IMG/VR virus record: IMGVR_UViG_3300035670_000133
DNA: 64,000 nucleotides
Source of the DNA: an uncultured virus (IMG/VR IMGVR_UViG_3300035670_000133)
Taxonomy: Duplodnaviria; Heunggongvirae; Uroviricota; Caudoviricetes
Direction: 5' to 3' (one strand)
Below are positions 38,389 to 48,277 of this stretch, in pieces. The first letter of the stretch is position 1. Each line of letters starts with the position of its first letter. The notes below the pieces were generated by a model. That model had not been told where the DNA came from and did not search any database. It worked only from the letters and a program-made list of their open reading frames with translations. The position numbers and the translations under genes were made by a program.

Positions 38389-39471
38389 TTATTCGACGGG
38401 CTCCATTAAAGATAGCACGTTGAGTATGGGGGTCCTAAAAATGCCCACGAAATAGTCATTAACACCTAGTGACATGACGAGTTCGTCATCGTCTTCAAAG
38501 CAGCCAAAAGGAAGAATACAAGCTGGTTGATTTGAGATGTCGTTCCCGACAGGGTCTGTCCAGGTGACTAGATGGTCGTTAGTTGAACCAACAAACAAAG
38601 GTTCGTGCATCATGCGCGTGATCCTAGTTAAGTTTTTATCTAGGCAGTATGCGCCTAATGAGTACATCAGATAAGGACGCTTATCAAGCTCGTGGCACAT
38701 AAACTTCCAGTGATAGAACACGAGCCACTCGTCTTCAACAAGAATTGGCGCAGTCGAATTAAAAGTAGGGTGATCACCTGTAACCCTCTTTAAGCAACTA
38801 GCGTCGATTACTTTGTCCTGCTCACCGGGAGTTTTGATCACAACAGGTTGAGTCGAGTACAGAAGGCGCAAAGCCTCTCGGTCAGAGAAGAAGCACCAGT
38901 TTTTTTCCGACTTATTTGGAGTGTGGTTATCGCCGATAGGCGGGAAGAACTTGTCTTCGAGTAGTCCAAACTCGTTAACAACACCAGTGCAGACCTTTGG
39001 TGTCTTGATCATCTTGTGATTAGTTTTGTCCCATTTGGTCGCATATGTACTGGTTACAAACTGGCAGAGCAGATTGTCGTCGGGCGAGATAAAGATTCTC
39101 GGATCTTCGTAGCTGAGTCTATGTTTTTTATCGATAAGTTTTCTTGGGGCGATAATTGTGTCGTCAGTTAGTAGCTGACCTATCCAGATATCTGTTGGAG
39201 TATTGTTGTAGTAAAAGTATTTCATGTCGTGCCTGAAAACAAAATGTTCAGGCTGTGACCGCCACGCGATTAGCGTCGATCCCCTGTGGTTGATTACACA
39301 AGGGCTGAAGTTAGCAAAACTCTTTTCCGGCAGTCCCGACGTTATGCGCGTGAAGGTGCCGCCGATATCGTAGGCTTGATCAAATACAGAAGGAAAACCT
39401 GATTTTGTAGGTGCGAAAGCACGCTGCACAACACGATTGTGGTATGTGCGATAACGATGAAACTGAGTCAC
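38389..39471 (-). CDS. Beta-propeller glycoside hydrolase/phosphorylase-like (GH130-like)
   Basis: YEDPRIF, EKNWCFF, LPFG...SLGVND. Confidence 0.75.
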   Translation of the reverse strand: MTQFHRYRTYHNRVVQRAFAPTKSGFPSVFDQAYDIGGTFTRITSGLPEKSFANFSPCVINHRGSTLIAWRSQPEHFVFRHDMKYFYYNNTPTDIWIGQLLTDDTIIAPRKLIDKKHRLSYEDPRIFISPDDNLLCQFVTSTYATKWDKTNHKMIKTPKVCTGVVNEFGLLEDKFFPPIGDNHTPNKSEKNWCFFSDREALRLLYSTQPVVIKTPGEQDKVIDASCLKRVTGDHPTFNSTAPILVEDEWLVFYHWKFMCHELDKRPYLMYSLGAYCLDKNLTRITRMMHEPLFVGSTNDHLVTWTDPVGNDISNQPACILPFGCFEDDDELVMSLGVNDYFVGIFRTPILNVLSLMEPVE

Positions 39472-40640
39472 TTGCTGAGCTCCTCCATGGCTTTGTTAAA
39501 GGCTTCTGAGATTCGATCCCAGCGGTAAGCGGGGTTTTGTGTAACTTGATAACACTTGTCGGCTACGTGATCTCTGTATGTTTTGTCTTCATACAACTCT
39601 GTGAGTTTCAACGCAACGTCGCTCACATCGACGATACCCCTCTCGACGCTTAAATCTTTGTCATAGATCCACGCTGCTACCGTTGCCAACAACGCACTGT
39701 TTTTCCAGATATCCGAGAAAGAAGTGTGATTAGGTAAGACAAGAGGTTTCTTACAGGAAGCGTGCTCAAAGGACACCAAACCCCACCCTTCACCGTTTGC
39801 GGTGTTGATTCCAACATCACATGCGTTATAAATCTTATTTAGAAGCTCATCGGGAGGTGCGTTGGTGTAGTCAATATTGCTTGTCGTCATAACTAAACGA
39901 TTATCGGATTGCAGGTTCCTCCGCTTCATCTCGGTTTCGAATAGAGCTCGTACGTCCCATCCGAGATCTTTCTCACTCATGTGGAGATACAAAAGCGTAT
40001 CTGGTTTATCGACTGCGAACTCGGCAAATGCCTTGATGGTGAGATCTATTTGTTTGCGTGGCTGGTTTCTGTTTGCGTTAAGAACGATAAATTTGTCTTC
40101 GGGTAAGCGCAGCATTCGACGCGCTTCATTTTGATCAATCGGGAAAAACTTACCTTTATCCAAACCGTGAGGCACCACACCAAGAAGTTTTGGTTGTGCT
40201 CCTTGAGCCATCAGCCGTTGAGCTTGCTCGATCGAGAACGTAATGGCAAAGTCCCAATCGCTGATGTACGAGAGCATAGAGCTCATGTAATATTCAGAGT
40301 CAACAGGGAAGTAGGCTATGAACTTAAATTTGATGGAGTCCTTTAGAAGGTGGATCCGTTCCCACACCTGGTTGACGATCCAGATATCGTTTAGACAAAT
40401 AACAAAATCTGGTTTTTCTTTTTCGATGACCTGCGGAAGCCTACCGATACCAAAACGATCTGAAGGGTTTACCGTTCCAGCGGGATAGATCTTAAAAGGC
40501 AGGCCGTGGGGATCACCTGTGTAGTTAATTCCGAAAGCTACGACCTCGTTTGTGCGAGCTAGATGTTCCAGGATACTGTGTGATACTCTAGCGAAACCTG
40601 TATTAGAGAGAATGTCGCCGTACCAAAGAATTTTTGCCAT
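39468..40640 (-). CDS. GT4 glycosyltransferase
   Basis: TGFARV, NRNQPRK, GEGWGLVSFE. Confidence 0.92.
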   Translation of the reverse strand: MAKILWYGDILSNTGFARVSHSILEHLARTNEVVAFGINYTGDPHGLPFKIYPAGTVNPSDRFGIGRLPQVIEKEKPDFVICLNDIWIVNQVWERIHLLKDSIKFKFIAYFPVDSEYYMSSMLSYISDWDFAITFSIEQAQRLMAQGAQPKLLGVVPHGLDKGKFFPIDQNEARRMLRLPEDKFIVLNANRNQPRKQIDLTIKAFAEFAVDKPDTLLYLHMSEKDLGWDVRALFETEMKRRNLQSDNRLVMTTSNIDYTNAPPDELLNKIYNACDVGINTANGEGWGLVSFEHASCKKPLVLPNHTSFSDIWKNSALLATVAAWIYDKDLSVERGIVDVSDVALKLTELYEDKTYRDHVADKCYQVTQNPAYRWDRISEAFNKAMEELSK

Positions 40641-40688
40641 TTGGCGGTAGAATCTTGCTAACAGTATACAGACACTTTTTACAGAGAC

Positions 40689-42212
40689 ATGCCAAGTAGA
40701 GAGACTTTTGCATACCGTCGTGCGCTTAAATTACGTGCAGCAAAGGCTATAGACTCTGAGAGCTCGGCTATTGACAATATATTTTTAAGAGCAGCAGATG
40801 ACTTTCATACGTTTTGTACCATTATGGACAAAGCGCCAGCTACACACATGCTGGAGTGGCACAAGCATTTGATTACAGGTGAGAGTAATAGGTATTTATT
40901 AGATATCGCTGGACCTAATCTAGATATTCTGGCTCCTCGCGGTAGCGCCAAGAGCACTGTGCTTAACATGTTCACGGCTTGGATTATTGGTCGTCACACA
41001 ACAGCAGGACTTCCTCTCCAGATCATCTATTGCTCGTACAACATCGCCACGGCTATACCAAAGAGTCGGATTATTAAGCAGATCATCGACTCTTCGACAT
41101 ACCGAAAAATCTTTCCAAAGGTTCAACTACGTTCTGGTATGCAGTCTGATATTGGTTGGAGTATCGATTTCGATTACGCAGGGATTAGCCGTGTGGGTGA
41201 CGAAGAATTTACTTTGAGGGCTGCTGGCCTTCGAGGTTCTATTACGTCTAAACGTGCACACCTTGTTATTGTAGATGACCCTATTAAGTCCAGTACCGAT
41301 ATTAAAAACCCTACCATTAGGGAAGAGATGAATAATAACTGGAGCTCAGTTATTGCTCCGATTATTTTTGAGGGCGGTCGCGCTATCTGCCTAGGCACTC
41401 GATTCCATCCTCTAGATATTCATAAAACGATGTTTGTTCCGGATAAAGGGTGGAAGCAGGTGCAGCAGGAAGCTCTTACTTACGACGATGACGGAGAGCC
41501 CATTAGCTACTGGCCTGAGCAGTGGTCCGTCGATTACTTATTAGGTCAAAAAGAGCTCGATCCTGTTGCTTTTGCTTTCCAGTACCAGCAGCAACCTGTG
41601 ATGACTTCTGATCTGGTCCTATCCCCAGATCTCCTTGTTAAAGGGGATGTCGTTACCGAGTTTGACAGCTTGGCAGTAGGTATCGATCTTTCAGCTAGCA
41701 AGAATGAAACCTCGGACTACACTGCTTTTGTTCTTGGGGGTAAGTTAAAAGACAAATACTATATTATTGACGCGCATCAGGTGCGCTCTATAGGCAATCT
41801 TGAAAAAATAGATCTCCTGTGCAAGATGCTTGTTGAGTGGGGGATACTCCAAGAGGACAACGACGGTAAATATTTTCCAACGTATTCGACGTGTTCTCTG
41901 GTTGTTGAATCGGTGGCTTATCAAGCGTCGCTTGCTGCTGATTTGCGCAGAGTCATGCTCAACGAATGGGGCCTAGGGAATCTCCATATCCACGAGGTTA
42001 AAGGTTTCCGTGGCGATAAGATCGCACGATTCAGAGGCACCCTTGGTTTACTTGAAAATAAACGTGTGATCTTTAACAGATATAGGAAGTTTGATGCTTT
42101 ATTTGATCAGTTGATCAATATAGGTGCTACATCTCACGACGATTTATTAGATGCGTACACACACTTAGTCTGTTTTTTACAGCGTCGCGGCAATTTCGAA
42201 ATGGAGTACTGA
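40689..42212 (+). CDS. terL: Terminase large subunit
   Basis: Walker A APRGSAKS, Walker B VIVDDP, nuclease motifs GIDLS...DYTA and HDDLLDA. Confidence 0.95.
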   Translation: MPSRETFAYRRALKLRAAKAIDSESSAIDNIFLRAADDFHTFCTIMDKAPATHMLEWHKHLITGESNRYLLDIAGPNLDILAPRGSAKSTVLNMFTAWIIGRHTTAGLPLQIIYCSYNIATAIPKSRIIKQIIDSSTYRKIFPKVQLRSGMQSDIGWSIDFDYAGISRVGDEEFTLRAAGLRGSITSKRAHLVIVDDPIKSSTDIKNPTIREEMNNNWSSVIAPIIFEGGRAICLGTRFHPLDIHKTMFVPDKGWKQVQQEALTYDDDGEPISYWPEQWSVDYLLGQKELDPVAFAFQYQQQPVMTSDLVLSPDLLVKGDVVTEFDSLAVGIDLSASKNETSDYTAFVLGGKLKDKYYIIDAHQVRSIGNLEKIDLLCKMLVEWGILQEDNDGKYFPTYSTCSLVVESVAYQASLAADLRRVMLNEWGLGNLHIHEVKGFRGDKIARFRGTLGLLENKRVIFNRYRKFDALFDQLINIGATSHDDLLDAYTHLVCFLQRRGNFEMEY

Positions 42213-43099
42213 TGGAAGACTTTACTTTTTTAATTTTTGTAGCTGCTCACGACCCTCTTTCGAGATTTGACGAGCTCTTGAAAACCCTCCGTGGCTACGA
42301 GGAGTTACCTGGAGTCAAAGATGTTTTTATTCATATAGACGCTGGGCATGAGAACGATAGAGAAGTCTTAAAAGAGTTGCTAGAGCCTAATGTTAAATTT
42401 AATGCTTTAAATATTATTGTAGCTCCAGAGTCTTATGAAGGCTACGCACTTACATGGGCTCATAAGGGGTTGCTCTATGAAGCTGTAAGAAATAAATATT
42501 ATGATTTTTATGTATATACAGAGAACGATATGGTGTTTACTAGTGAGAACTTTATTTACTGGTACTTATTTAAAGACCGACTTAAAGCTTTAAACCTGGA
42601 ACCTGGTTTTGTACGATATGAGTCGTTTGGGTCAAAGTTAGTCCCGTTCGATAATCATAAGATTTGGCAGCTAAATAAGCCCACGCCGGACGTTTGGGGT
42701 GATCGCCCTTATCAAGTTGAGAGTCATCTAACACCGCTTGGCGATTTCGTTGGTTTCGTTTCTTTAGGCAACCCCTATATGGGGATGATGATCTTGGATC
42801 AAGATATGGCTGAAGAGTACGTATCGTCTCAGAGTTTTGATCCTGTAAAAAGTTTTGAACTCACCCAGTTTCGTTGCTGGCCGCTGGCTGACAGGAGTTC
42901 TATGGGACTAGCGTTTGAGAAGCTTCGACCAGGACAGGAGCATCGTCGAGTCGTTCCTCTGATTCAAGAAGGTAAAAAGCTTCAGATAGCCCCTTGTGGT
43001 TTAGTTGAGCACTGCGACACTAAGTACAGTAAGGGCTTAGAGAAACAACTAGGTTCGGTTTTGGATGTTTCTGAAATGTTCGGCTATGCTTCCCGTTAA
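42212..43099 (+). CDS. Putative glycosyltransferase-like protein
   Basis: LTWAHK...YDFYVYTEND resembles a GT-A DxD region. Confidence 0.55.
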   Translation: MEDFTFLIFVAAHDPLSRFDELLKTLRGYEELPGVKDVFIHIDAGHENDREVLKELLEPNVKFNALNIIVAPESYEGYALTWAHKGLLYEAVRNKYYDFYVYTENDMVFTSENFIYWYLFKDRLKALNLEPGFVRYESFGSKLVPFDNHKIWQLNKPTPDVWGDRPYQVESHLTPLGDFVGFVSLGNPYMGMMILDQDMAEEYVSSQSFDPVKSFELTQFRCWPLADRSSMGLAFEKLRPGQEHRRVVPLIQEGKKLQIAPCGLVEHCDTKYSKGLEKQLGSVLDVSEMFGYASR

Positions 43100-43151
43100 C
43101 AAAGCCAAGCTTAAAAGTTTATCTGAACTTGGCTTAACCGCTTTACAAAGC

Positions 43152-43382
43152 ATGTACGATCCTGTTAATCATCCGAACCACTACACGCATGGAACTATTG
43201 AGACTATTGATTATATGGAATCTTGCCTGACTCCAGAAGAGTTCTGCGGAGGTTGCAAGATGAACGTCTTAAAATATGTCTCTCGTGAGAAATTTAAGAA
43301 CGGAGTCGAGGATCTTAAAAAGGCACGGTGGTATCTAGATCGCCTGATCTGCTATTTGGAAAACAAAGCAGAGGCGAGTTAA
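43152..43382 (+). CDS. DUF3310 protein
   Basis: DPVNHPNHY...ETIDY...KY..R...KNGVEDLKKARWYL. Confidence 0.9.
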   Translation: MYDPVNHPNHYTHGTIETIDYMESCLTPEEFCGGCKMNVLKYVSREKFKNGVEDLKKARWYLDRLICYLENKAEAS

Positions 43383-43405
43383 GATATACGAAACAGTCTC
43401 TTTAT

Positions 43406-43690
43406 ATGGATATCCGGGCTTTTGGCTCTGTGTATGGGCAGACTTCGATGCTGCCCTATGCCAGCGGATTTGGTTGGGCTCCGGCTTTGGGGCGAAAGAA
43501 CTTTCCCACCTGCCGAGCTATTTTTATCGAGGCAAAATCAACAAGTGGTAAGGATTATTTGACTGTAGAGCTATCAGATGCTCCGGGGCAGCACGCCACT
43601 GCCGTTAACTTAGACGGTAATGACCTTATTCCTATTGCTTGCACTGCTTTAATTAGCGGCTCTGTTCAAGGCGTTTTTGTTCTTTACTGA
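43406..43690 (+). CDS. Small beta-rich protein (possibly structural)
   Basis: Probable start at ATG 43406. Confidence 0.6.
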   Translation: MDIRAFGSVYGQTSMLPYASGFGWAPALGRKNFPTCRAIFIEAKSTSGKDYLTVELSDAPGQHATAVNLDGNDLIPIACTALISGSVQGVFVLY

Positions 43691-43983
43691 TGGATCCATA
43701 CACTCGCGCTGCTTTTGGTTTCGCAAAAGCGTATCAAATGAATATGCGAGCTGCTGATGAGCAGCGGCGTGCTAATCAGCCTTCATCCAACGCGTTTGCG
43801 GAAGGTCTAGCGGATGAGGAGACTGACTATACGTATTCCCCTCAGCCTCAAGAGCCGGCGCCCCCTAATGAGCAGTACACCGGAATGGCGCCTGATGGCG
43901 GCACAGTGTTAGAGCAGTCCAATGGAAACTCCTTAATGCGAGCGAAGCATAAAGTTGCAAAGTACCTACAAGAGCGAGATTGA
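43690..43983 (+). CDS. Hypothetical protein
   Basis: Translationally coupled ORF. Confidence 0.6.
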   Translation: MDPYTRAAFGFAKAYQMNMRAADEQRRANQPSSNAFAEGLADEETDYTYSPQPQEPAPPNEQYTGMAPDGGTVLEQSNGNSLMRAKHKVAKYLQERD

Positions 43984-44014
43984 GTTAATATAGTGAGACC
44001 TAATAAAGCTCACT

Positions 44015-44830
44015 GTGCTCTTAGACTGCTTTACGTATTTTAATGAGCGTGAACTACTTGAGCTCCGTATTCGGACGCTTGAGGATCATGTTGATGGCTT
44101 CCTTATTACCGACGCCAACCGGACTCACGCGACTGGTGAACTGAAGCCGTTTACTTGTCTAGAGACTATTCGGGATCTCGGTCTTCCAGAAGAAAAAATT
44201 CAAGTCATGCACGTTGAGCTCCCTTCTTTGGAGGAAGCTCCGGATCCTTGGATTCGTGAAAGAGGTCAGCGTGACGCACTCGGCGTTGGGCTACACCTTA
44301 TGGATGACGATGATATTTTTATCTGCTCAGATTGCGACGAAATCGCGAATCCGGATAAGTTGCCAGAAGTAATAGAAGCTGTTAAAGAGCATAAGGATAA
44401 AGTTGTCAGACTGAGTATGTCTATGCACTATGGCCGAGCTGATAGGCAACTTGTTTCGCCTGAGGGCGAGCTATTCGATTGGCGCTGCGGCGTGGTTAGC
44501 ACTGTAGGTCAGCTAAAAGACTTTGGAACTCTGTCCTCTATGCGTTCTACACAAAATAATTACTACGTTGGTAGGCGAGATGCCGGTTGGCATTTTTCCT
44601 GGATGGGTGATTCTGATAGGCGCCTTACGAAGTTAAAGTCAATCGCTGAAGCCTACATATGGGACCGGCCAGAAGTTCAGAAACTCTGTAAGGAGTTTGA
44701 ACCTAACGAAGGCAATACAGATATGCTGGGACGTCAGGATCATTTAATTGCCACGTACCCTATCGAGGATTTACCCAAGGAAGCGGTTAAACTGGAAAGA
44801 GTAAAAAAGTACCTTCTTCCCGATGGCTAA
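44015..44830 (+). CDS. GT17-like N-acetylglucosaminyltransferase
   Basis: DCFTYFNERELLELR, SDCDEI, GWHFSW. Confidence 0.88.
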   Translation: MLLDCFTYFNERELLELRIRTLEDHVDGFLITDANRTHATGELKPFTCLETIRDLGLPEEKIQVMHVELPSLEEAPDPWIRERGQRDALGVGLHLMDDDDIFICSDCDEIANPDKLPEVIEAVKEHKDKVVRLSMSMHYGRADRQLVSPEGELFDWRCGVVSTVGQLKDFGTLSSMRSTQNNYYVGRRDAGWHFSWMGDSDRRLTKLKSIAEAYIWDRPEVQKLCKEFEPNEGNTDMLGRQDHLIATYPIEDLPKEAVKLERVKKYLLPDG

Positions 44831-44981
44831 AGGTATGCCAGCTGAGCTGCTTAAAAAGTTTGCAGCGGACCGCGAAGCTAAGAAAGCCCCCAGTGGCGAG
44901 GAGGTCAGCGGCGGTTCTGACAGCATGAAGCGTGCCAAAGCTAAAGCCAAGAAAGCTAAGGAAAGCATTTTCCGTAAATGA
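44823..44981 (+). CDS. Small Lys-rich protein (52 aa)
   Basis: Not in the ORF track: MAKGMPAELLKKF...KAKAKKAKESIFRK. Confidence 0.55.
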   Translation: MAKGMPAELLKKFAADREAKKAPSGEEVSGGSDSMKRAKAKAKKAKESIFRK

Positions 44982-45015
44982 TCCTCTAAACGGATCCCCT
45001 CACTTGTGTGTATAG

Positions 45016-47241
45016 ATGTCCAGCTCGCTTGAAACTAGGAAAAGATTCACCGAGATCTTAGAGGCGTCACGCACTCAGGATCGGAGCAACCAGTCTTCGA
45101 CGATGGTTGTTCTGAGTCATCTCCAGCAAATGACCCTTCTCATGATCAAGAAGGGTCTTGCTTTCTACTGCGACCAGGACACATTTAAGAGTCGTACACG
45201 TTTTCTCGAAGACGTTATCGCTCTCAACAAATTAGATATTCGCTTTCCGGCGATTATTCGTAATTTTTTGATCGACGGCTGTGGGTTGTTTTACTTCAGA
45301 CCTGATCCAAAGCTGAAATATCAGATTTATTTCTTTAATAAAAATCAGTATCGTGTTTACCATGACGTTAACGGTAACGTAGAAGAAGTAATTATTGTCT
45401 ATAGCTATAAGGTAAAGAACGCTAACCTAGGTTTACCTAGTAACAGCTATGGGCAGAATAAGCGTTATGTGCGTTTAACTATTACTGCTGATGAGATCAG
45501 CGAAGTCGAGACTGATACTGAGCTGAGTTTTGATTTAGAGCCAGGCGCTGTACTCACACCAGCTAAGAGGCGCCCTAATAATCTTGGTTTTATTCCTGCT
45601 GTTGAGGTTTTAAATAAACCAAACGCCAGCGGTACAGAAGGTGAGGGCGAGTTTGATCCCTTCATGGAGCAGATCGTTTTACATGATCAGCTCACTCGGA
45701 ACATTGCCAAAAACATTGAGTTTTTTGGCAACCCGACTCTGATTAGCTCGCGGCCTCGTAGCGATCTCGTCGAAGCCAACGATTCGCAAAACACTTTCCG
45801 GCCCACGATCAGCAGTCAGTCTGGTTTTGCAGGTCCGGATAGCCCATCGACTCGTGTAAGCGAGCCGTTCGGAGCCGGCATGGGTTCTGGTCTTCGCGTT
45901 CCGCGAATTATTGCGAACGTTGAACCGTCCGACCGCGTGGGCTACATGACGCCTGACCCGGTTAACGGGGACATGAATCGATACACTCTTCTTCTCCGTG
46001 AAGAGATCCGTACGGCTCTCGGCGGCGTTGATGAGATTTCTATCTCAGCAGGCGCAACAGCTACTGAGATTAAAGGTTTGATGGGTCGGGCTCAGGCCAC
46101 GGCACTCCGTAAGAACAAGAGTTTTCTTACGTATGGATTTAATCGCCTGTTGGAGATGATGATTTATCACCAAGAGGTTATTTTCCGTGAATCTTTTATC
46201 GCCGCCTCTGGTTTAAAGGAGCCAAAACCTCCGGTCGAGGAAACGGAAGAAAGTATTCAAAAATATCAAACGGCTCTAACCAAGTTTGAGGCAAAAGTTA
46301 CGCAGACTATTCAACTAGCTCTGCAGGAAAATAAGGTTCCTCCTGGAGTTATCGGCCTACCTGAAGATGGAGAACGCACGGTAACTTATAGGTACCAAGG
46401 TGACGTTTACGAAGATACCGCTTATGATATAAACCAGAAGTCAATCGTTGTTCGTAACTTACAGGAACTCGGTGTGGATAGCATCGAGGCTCTTAAGTTT
46501 CTGTTCCCCGAGAAAACCGACTCTGAGCGGGCTGAAATGTTGAAGGGCTTCCCCTTCCGCATGGTTCAGCAAACACAAACAGCAATGCAACAATTTCTGG
46601 TATTATTAAGCCAGATGTTGCAGTCTCCGCATCCTCTTGCGCCTAATCAGCCTCTTGCGGCTGATCCTAGACTGAATATCACTCCGCTCCTTTACAGGAC
46701 ATTCGACCACCTCGCGGAAGAACTAACTTACTCGGGTAGCTATGAGCCAGCAGATCCAAGCTTCGACCCCGAGCCCGGTCTCCCCGGCGGCAGCCCCGGC
46801 GGTATCATCGGACCAGGGCTCAACCGCCTACCCGCAGTGGGTGGCGCAAACCTCTACCCCGGCGGTAGCTTCGGTACCTACAGCCCAACCGCCGTCGCAG
46901 GTGGCACCGGCCTCGGTCCCTTCTACCAACAGCCAGTTCAGCCAGTTAACGTCTCAGTCCTCCCCCAGCAATCCCTGGGAGGCAGCGATGGGTACCCTGG
47001 AACGGGTGCTGTCGCAGGTGAACTCTCAGTCCCCCAGCCTGGGTCAACAGTCGCCTTACCAGGTAACTCAGCAACCGGCTACTCAACTGAGCAGTCAGAG
47101 TTTACAGGCCCAACCTTGGGCTTACCAGGAACAGCAGGTAGCGCAGACATTGCCTACCAACGCCTCACAGATCCAAACTTCCTCGCCGACTTCTACGGCC
47201 CCGCAAACGAGCGTAAGTCCCGTAACCGCAGAGGTCGTTAA
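45016..47241 (+). CDS. Portal protein
   Basis: Lies between terL and capsid; IDGCGLFYF and LGFIPAVEV portal-like segments; long disordered tail. Confidence 0.8.
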   Translation: MSSSLETRKRFTEILEASRTQDRSNQSSTMVVLSHLQQMTLLMIKKGLAFYCDQDTFKSRTRFLEDVIALNKLDIRFPAIIRNFLIDGCGLFYFRPDPKLKYQIYFFNKNQYRVYHDVNGNVEEVIIVYSYKVKNANLGLPSNSYGQNKRYVRLTITADEISEVETDTELSFDLEPGAVLTPAKRRPNNLGFIPAVEVLNKPNASGTEGEGEFDPFMEQIVLHDQLTRNIAKNIEFFGNPTLISSRPRSDLVEANDSQNTFRPTISSQSGFAGPDSPSTRVSEPFGAGMGSGLRVPRIIANVEPSDRVGYMTPDPVNGDMNRYTLLLREEIRTALGGVDEISISAGATATEIKGLMGRAQATALRKNKSFLTYGFNRLLEMMIYHQEVIFRESFIAASGLKEPKPPVEETEESIQKYQTALTKFEAKVTQTIQLALQENKVPPGVIGLPEDGERTVTYRYQGDVYEDTAYDINQKSIVVRNLQELGVDSIEALKFLFPEKTDSERAEMLKGFPFRMVQQTQTAMQQFLVLLSQMLQSPHPLAPNQPLAADPRLNITPLLYRTFDHLAEELTYSGSYEPADPSFDPEPGLPGGSPGGIIGPGLNRLPAVGGANLYPGGSFGTYSPTAVAGGTGLGPFYQQPVQPVNVSVLPQQSLGGSDGYPGTGAVAGELSVPQPGSTVALPGNSATGYSTEQSEFTGPTLGLPGTAGSADIAYQRLTDPNFLADFYGPANERKSRNRRGR

Positions 47242-47668
47242 TCACTTCGGCCTGGAAGCTCCTGGCATCCTGAATCAGTACGCTTGTTCCCTTGAGGATC
47301 TCCTCATGGATCAAGCTCAAAAGATGGATGTTCTTTCTGCTCGCCACGATGCGATGCAAACCATCCTGACTGATCCTGAGCATCTCGCTAACTACACTGA
47401 CCGCTACTTCACTGAAGTGGTGCCCGTGGATATCGACGGCGATACTCAGGCTTATCAGCCTCAGCAGATTCAGGCTTATCAACCCAACTACGACATGCCT
47501 GCACCTCCCGCTAACGCAGGTGGTGTGAACACTGGTGCACAACCTCAGCAACAGTGGGAGCAGTTCAGCGACGTTATGAATCGCAGCCCTGAGAACGCTT
47601 GGCGTGTTCTTCAGCAAATGGGTCCTGAAGCTATGCGTAGCAAGCTTCTCTTTATGGATCCTGCTTGA
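46742..47668 (+). CDS. Putative capsid scaffolding protein
   Basis: Q/P/S-rich with a helical C-terminus; followed by a terminator; overlaps the portal by 500 bp. Confidence 0.6.
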   Translation: MSQQIQASTPSPVSPAAAPAVSSDQGSTAYPQWVAQTSTPAVASVPTAQPPSQVAPASVPSTNSQFSQLTSQSSPSNPWEAAMGTLERVLSQVNSQSPSLGQQSPYQVTQQPATQLSSQSLQAQPWAYQEQQVAQTLPTNASQIQTSSPTSTAPQTSVSPVTAEVVNHFGLEAPGILNQYACSLEDLLMDQAQKMDVLSARHDAMQTILTDPEHLANYTDRYFTEVVPVDIDGDTQAYQPQQIQAYQPNYDMPAPPANAGGVNTGAQPQQQWEQFSDVMNRSPENAWRVLQQMGPEAMRSKLLFMDPA

Positions 47669-47691
47669 TAGCATTAAAGAGCCAAGGTCCG

Positions 47692-47719
47692 AAGCCCCCC
47701 GTGGTTGGGGGGCTTTTTT
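47692..47719 (+). terminator. Intrinsic terminator
   Basis: AAGCCCCCC-GTGGTT-GGGGGGCTTTTTT. Confidence 0.85.
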
Positions 47720-47878
47720 CTTGCTAACCTTTATTTATCGAGGTATTTACCATGCGAGCTTTAGGTGATCGGCGACGTAAGGCTCCTATCGAGCCTGCTA
47801 AAGAAGAATCCCCAAAGACGGAAACACCCGTTGTAGAAGAAACCAAGCAAACTGATGAGTTTGATCAGTCTGTAACTA

Positions 47879-48214
47879 TCAGCTGATTTCGTCGTCGGTT
47901 TTACCGAATCTTTTCTCGACTTCTTTTTCGGCTATACGCTCAGCTATGGCCAAAATTCGTATACCTGAGTATCCGATAATAAAAGAGACTGCAACTGACT
48001 CAGCTTTTGTGAGTTTAAACCGCTCCTCTATCGCTGGGCTTACAAACGTAGCCAACATAAAGCCGACAACAGAGGCTTTTATCAGATAGGGGATTACCTT
48101 TTTAATGCCCCGTGGGTGGGTAAAGCTCTCTGTGATAGAGCCTGAAAAACAAGCTATAGAGGCTTCTGGGTCTTCAAAAAACACAGTAAGGGCTTTCTCG
48201 AAGTGAGGCTGCAT
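47879..48214 (-). CDS. Holin-like membrane protein
   Basis: Two to three hydrophobic helices, FIIGYSG motif and a charged C-terminus. Confidence 0.6.
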   Translation of the reverse strand: MQPHFEKALTVFFEDPEASIACFSGSITESFTHPRGIKKVIPYLIKASVVGFMLATFVSPAIEERFKLTKAESVAVSFIIGYSGIRILAIAERIAEKEVEKRFGKTDDEIS

Positions 48215-48277
48215 TCGCCCTTACGTTGCTCTTAAATATTGTAGACGAAGTACAATTAAGTTATCTGGAGTGTCACT

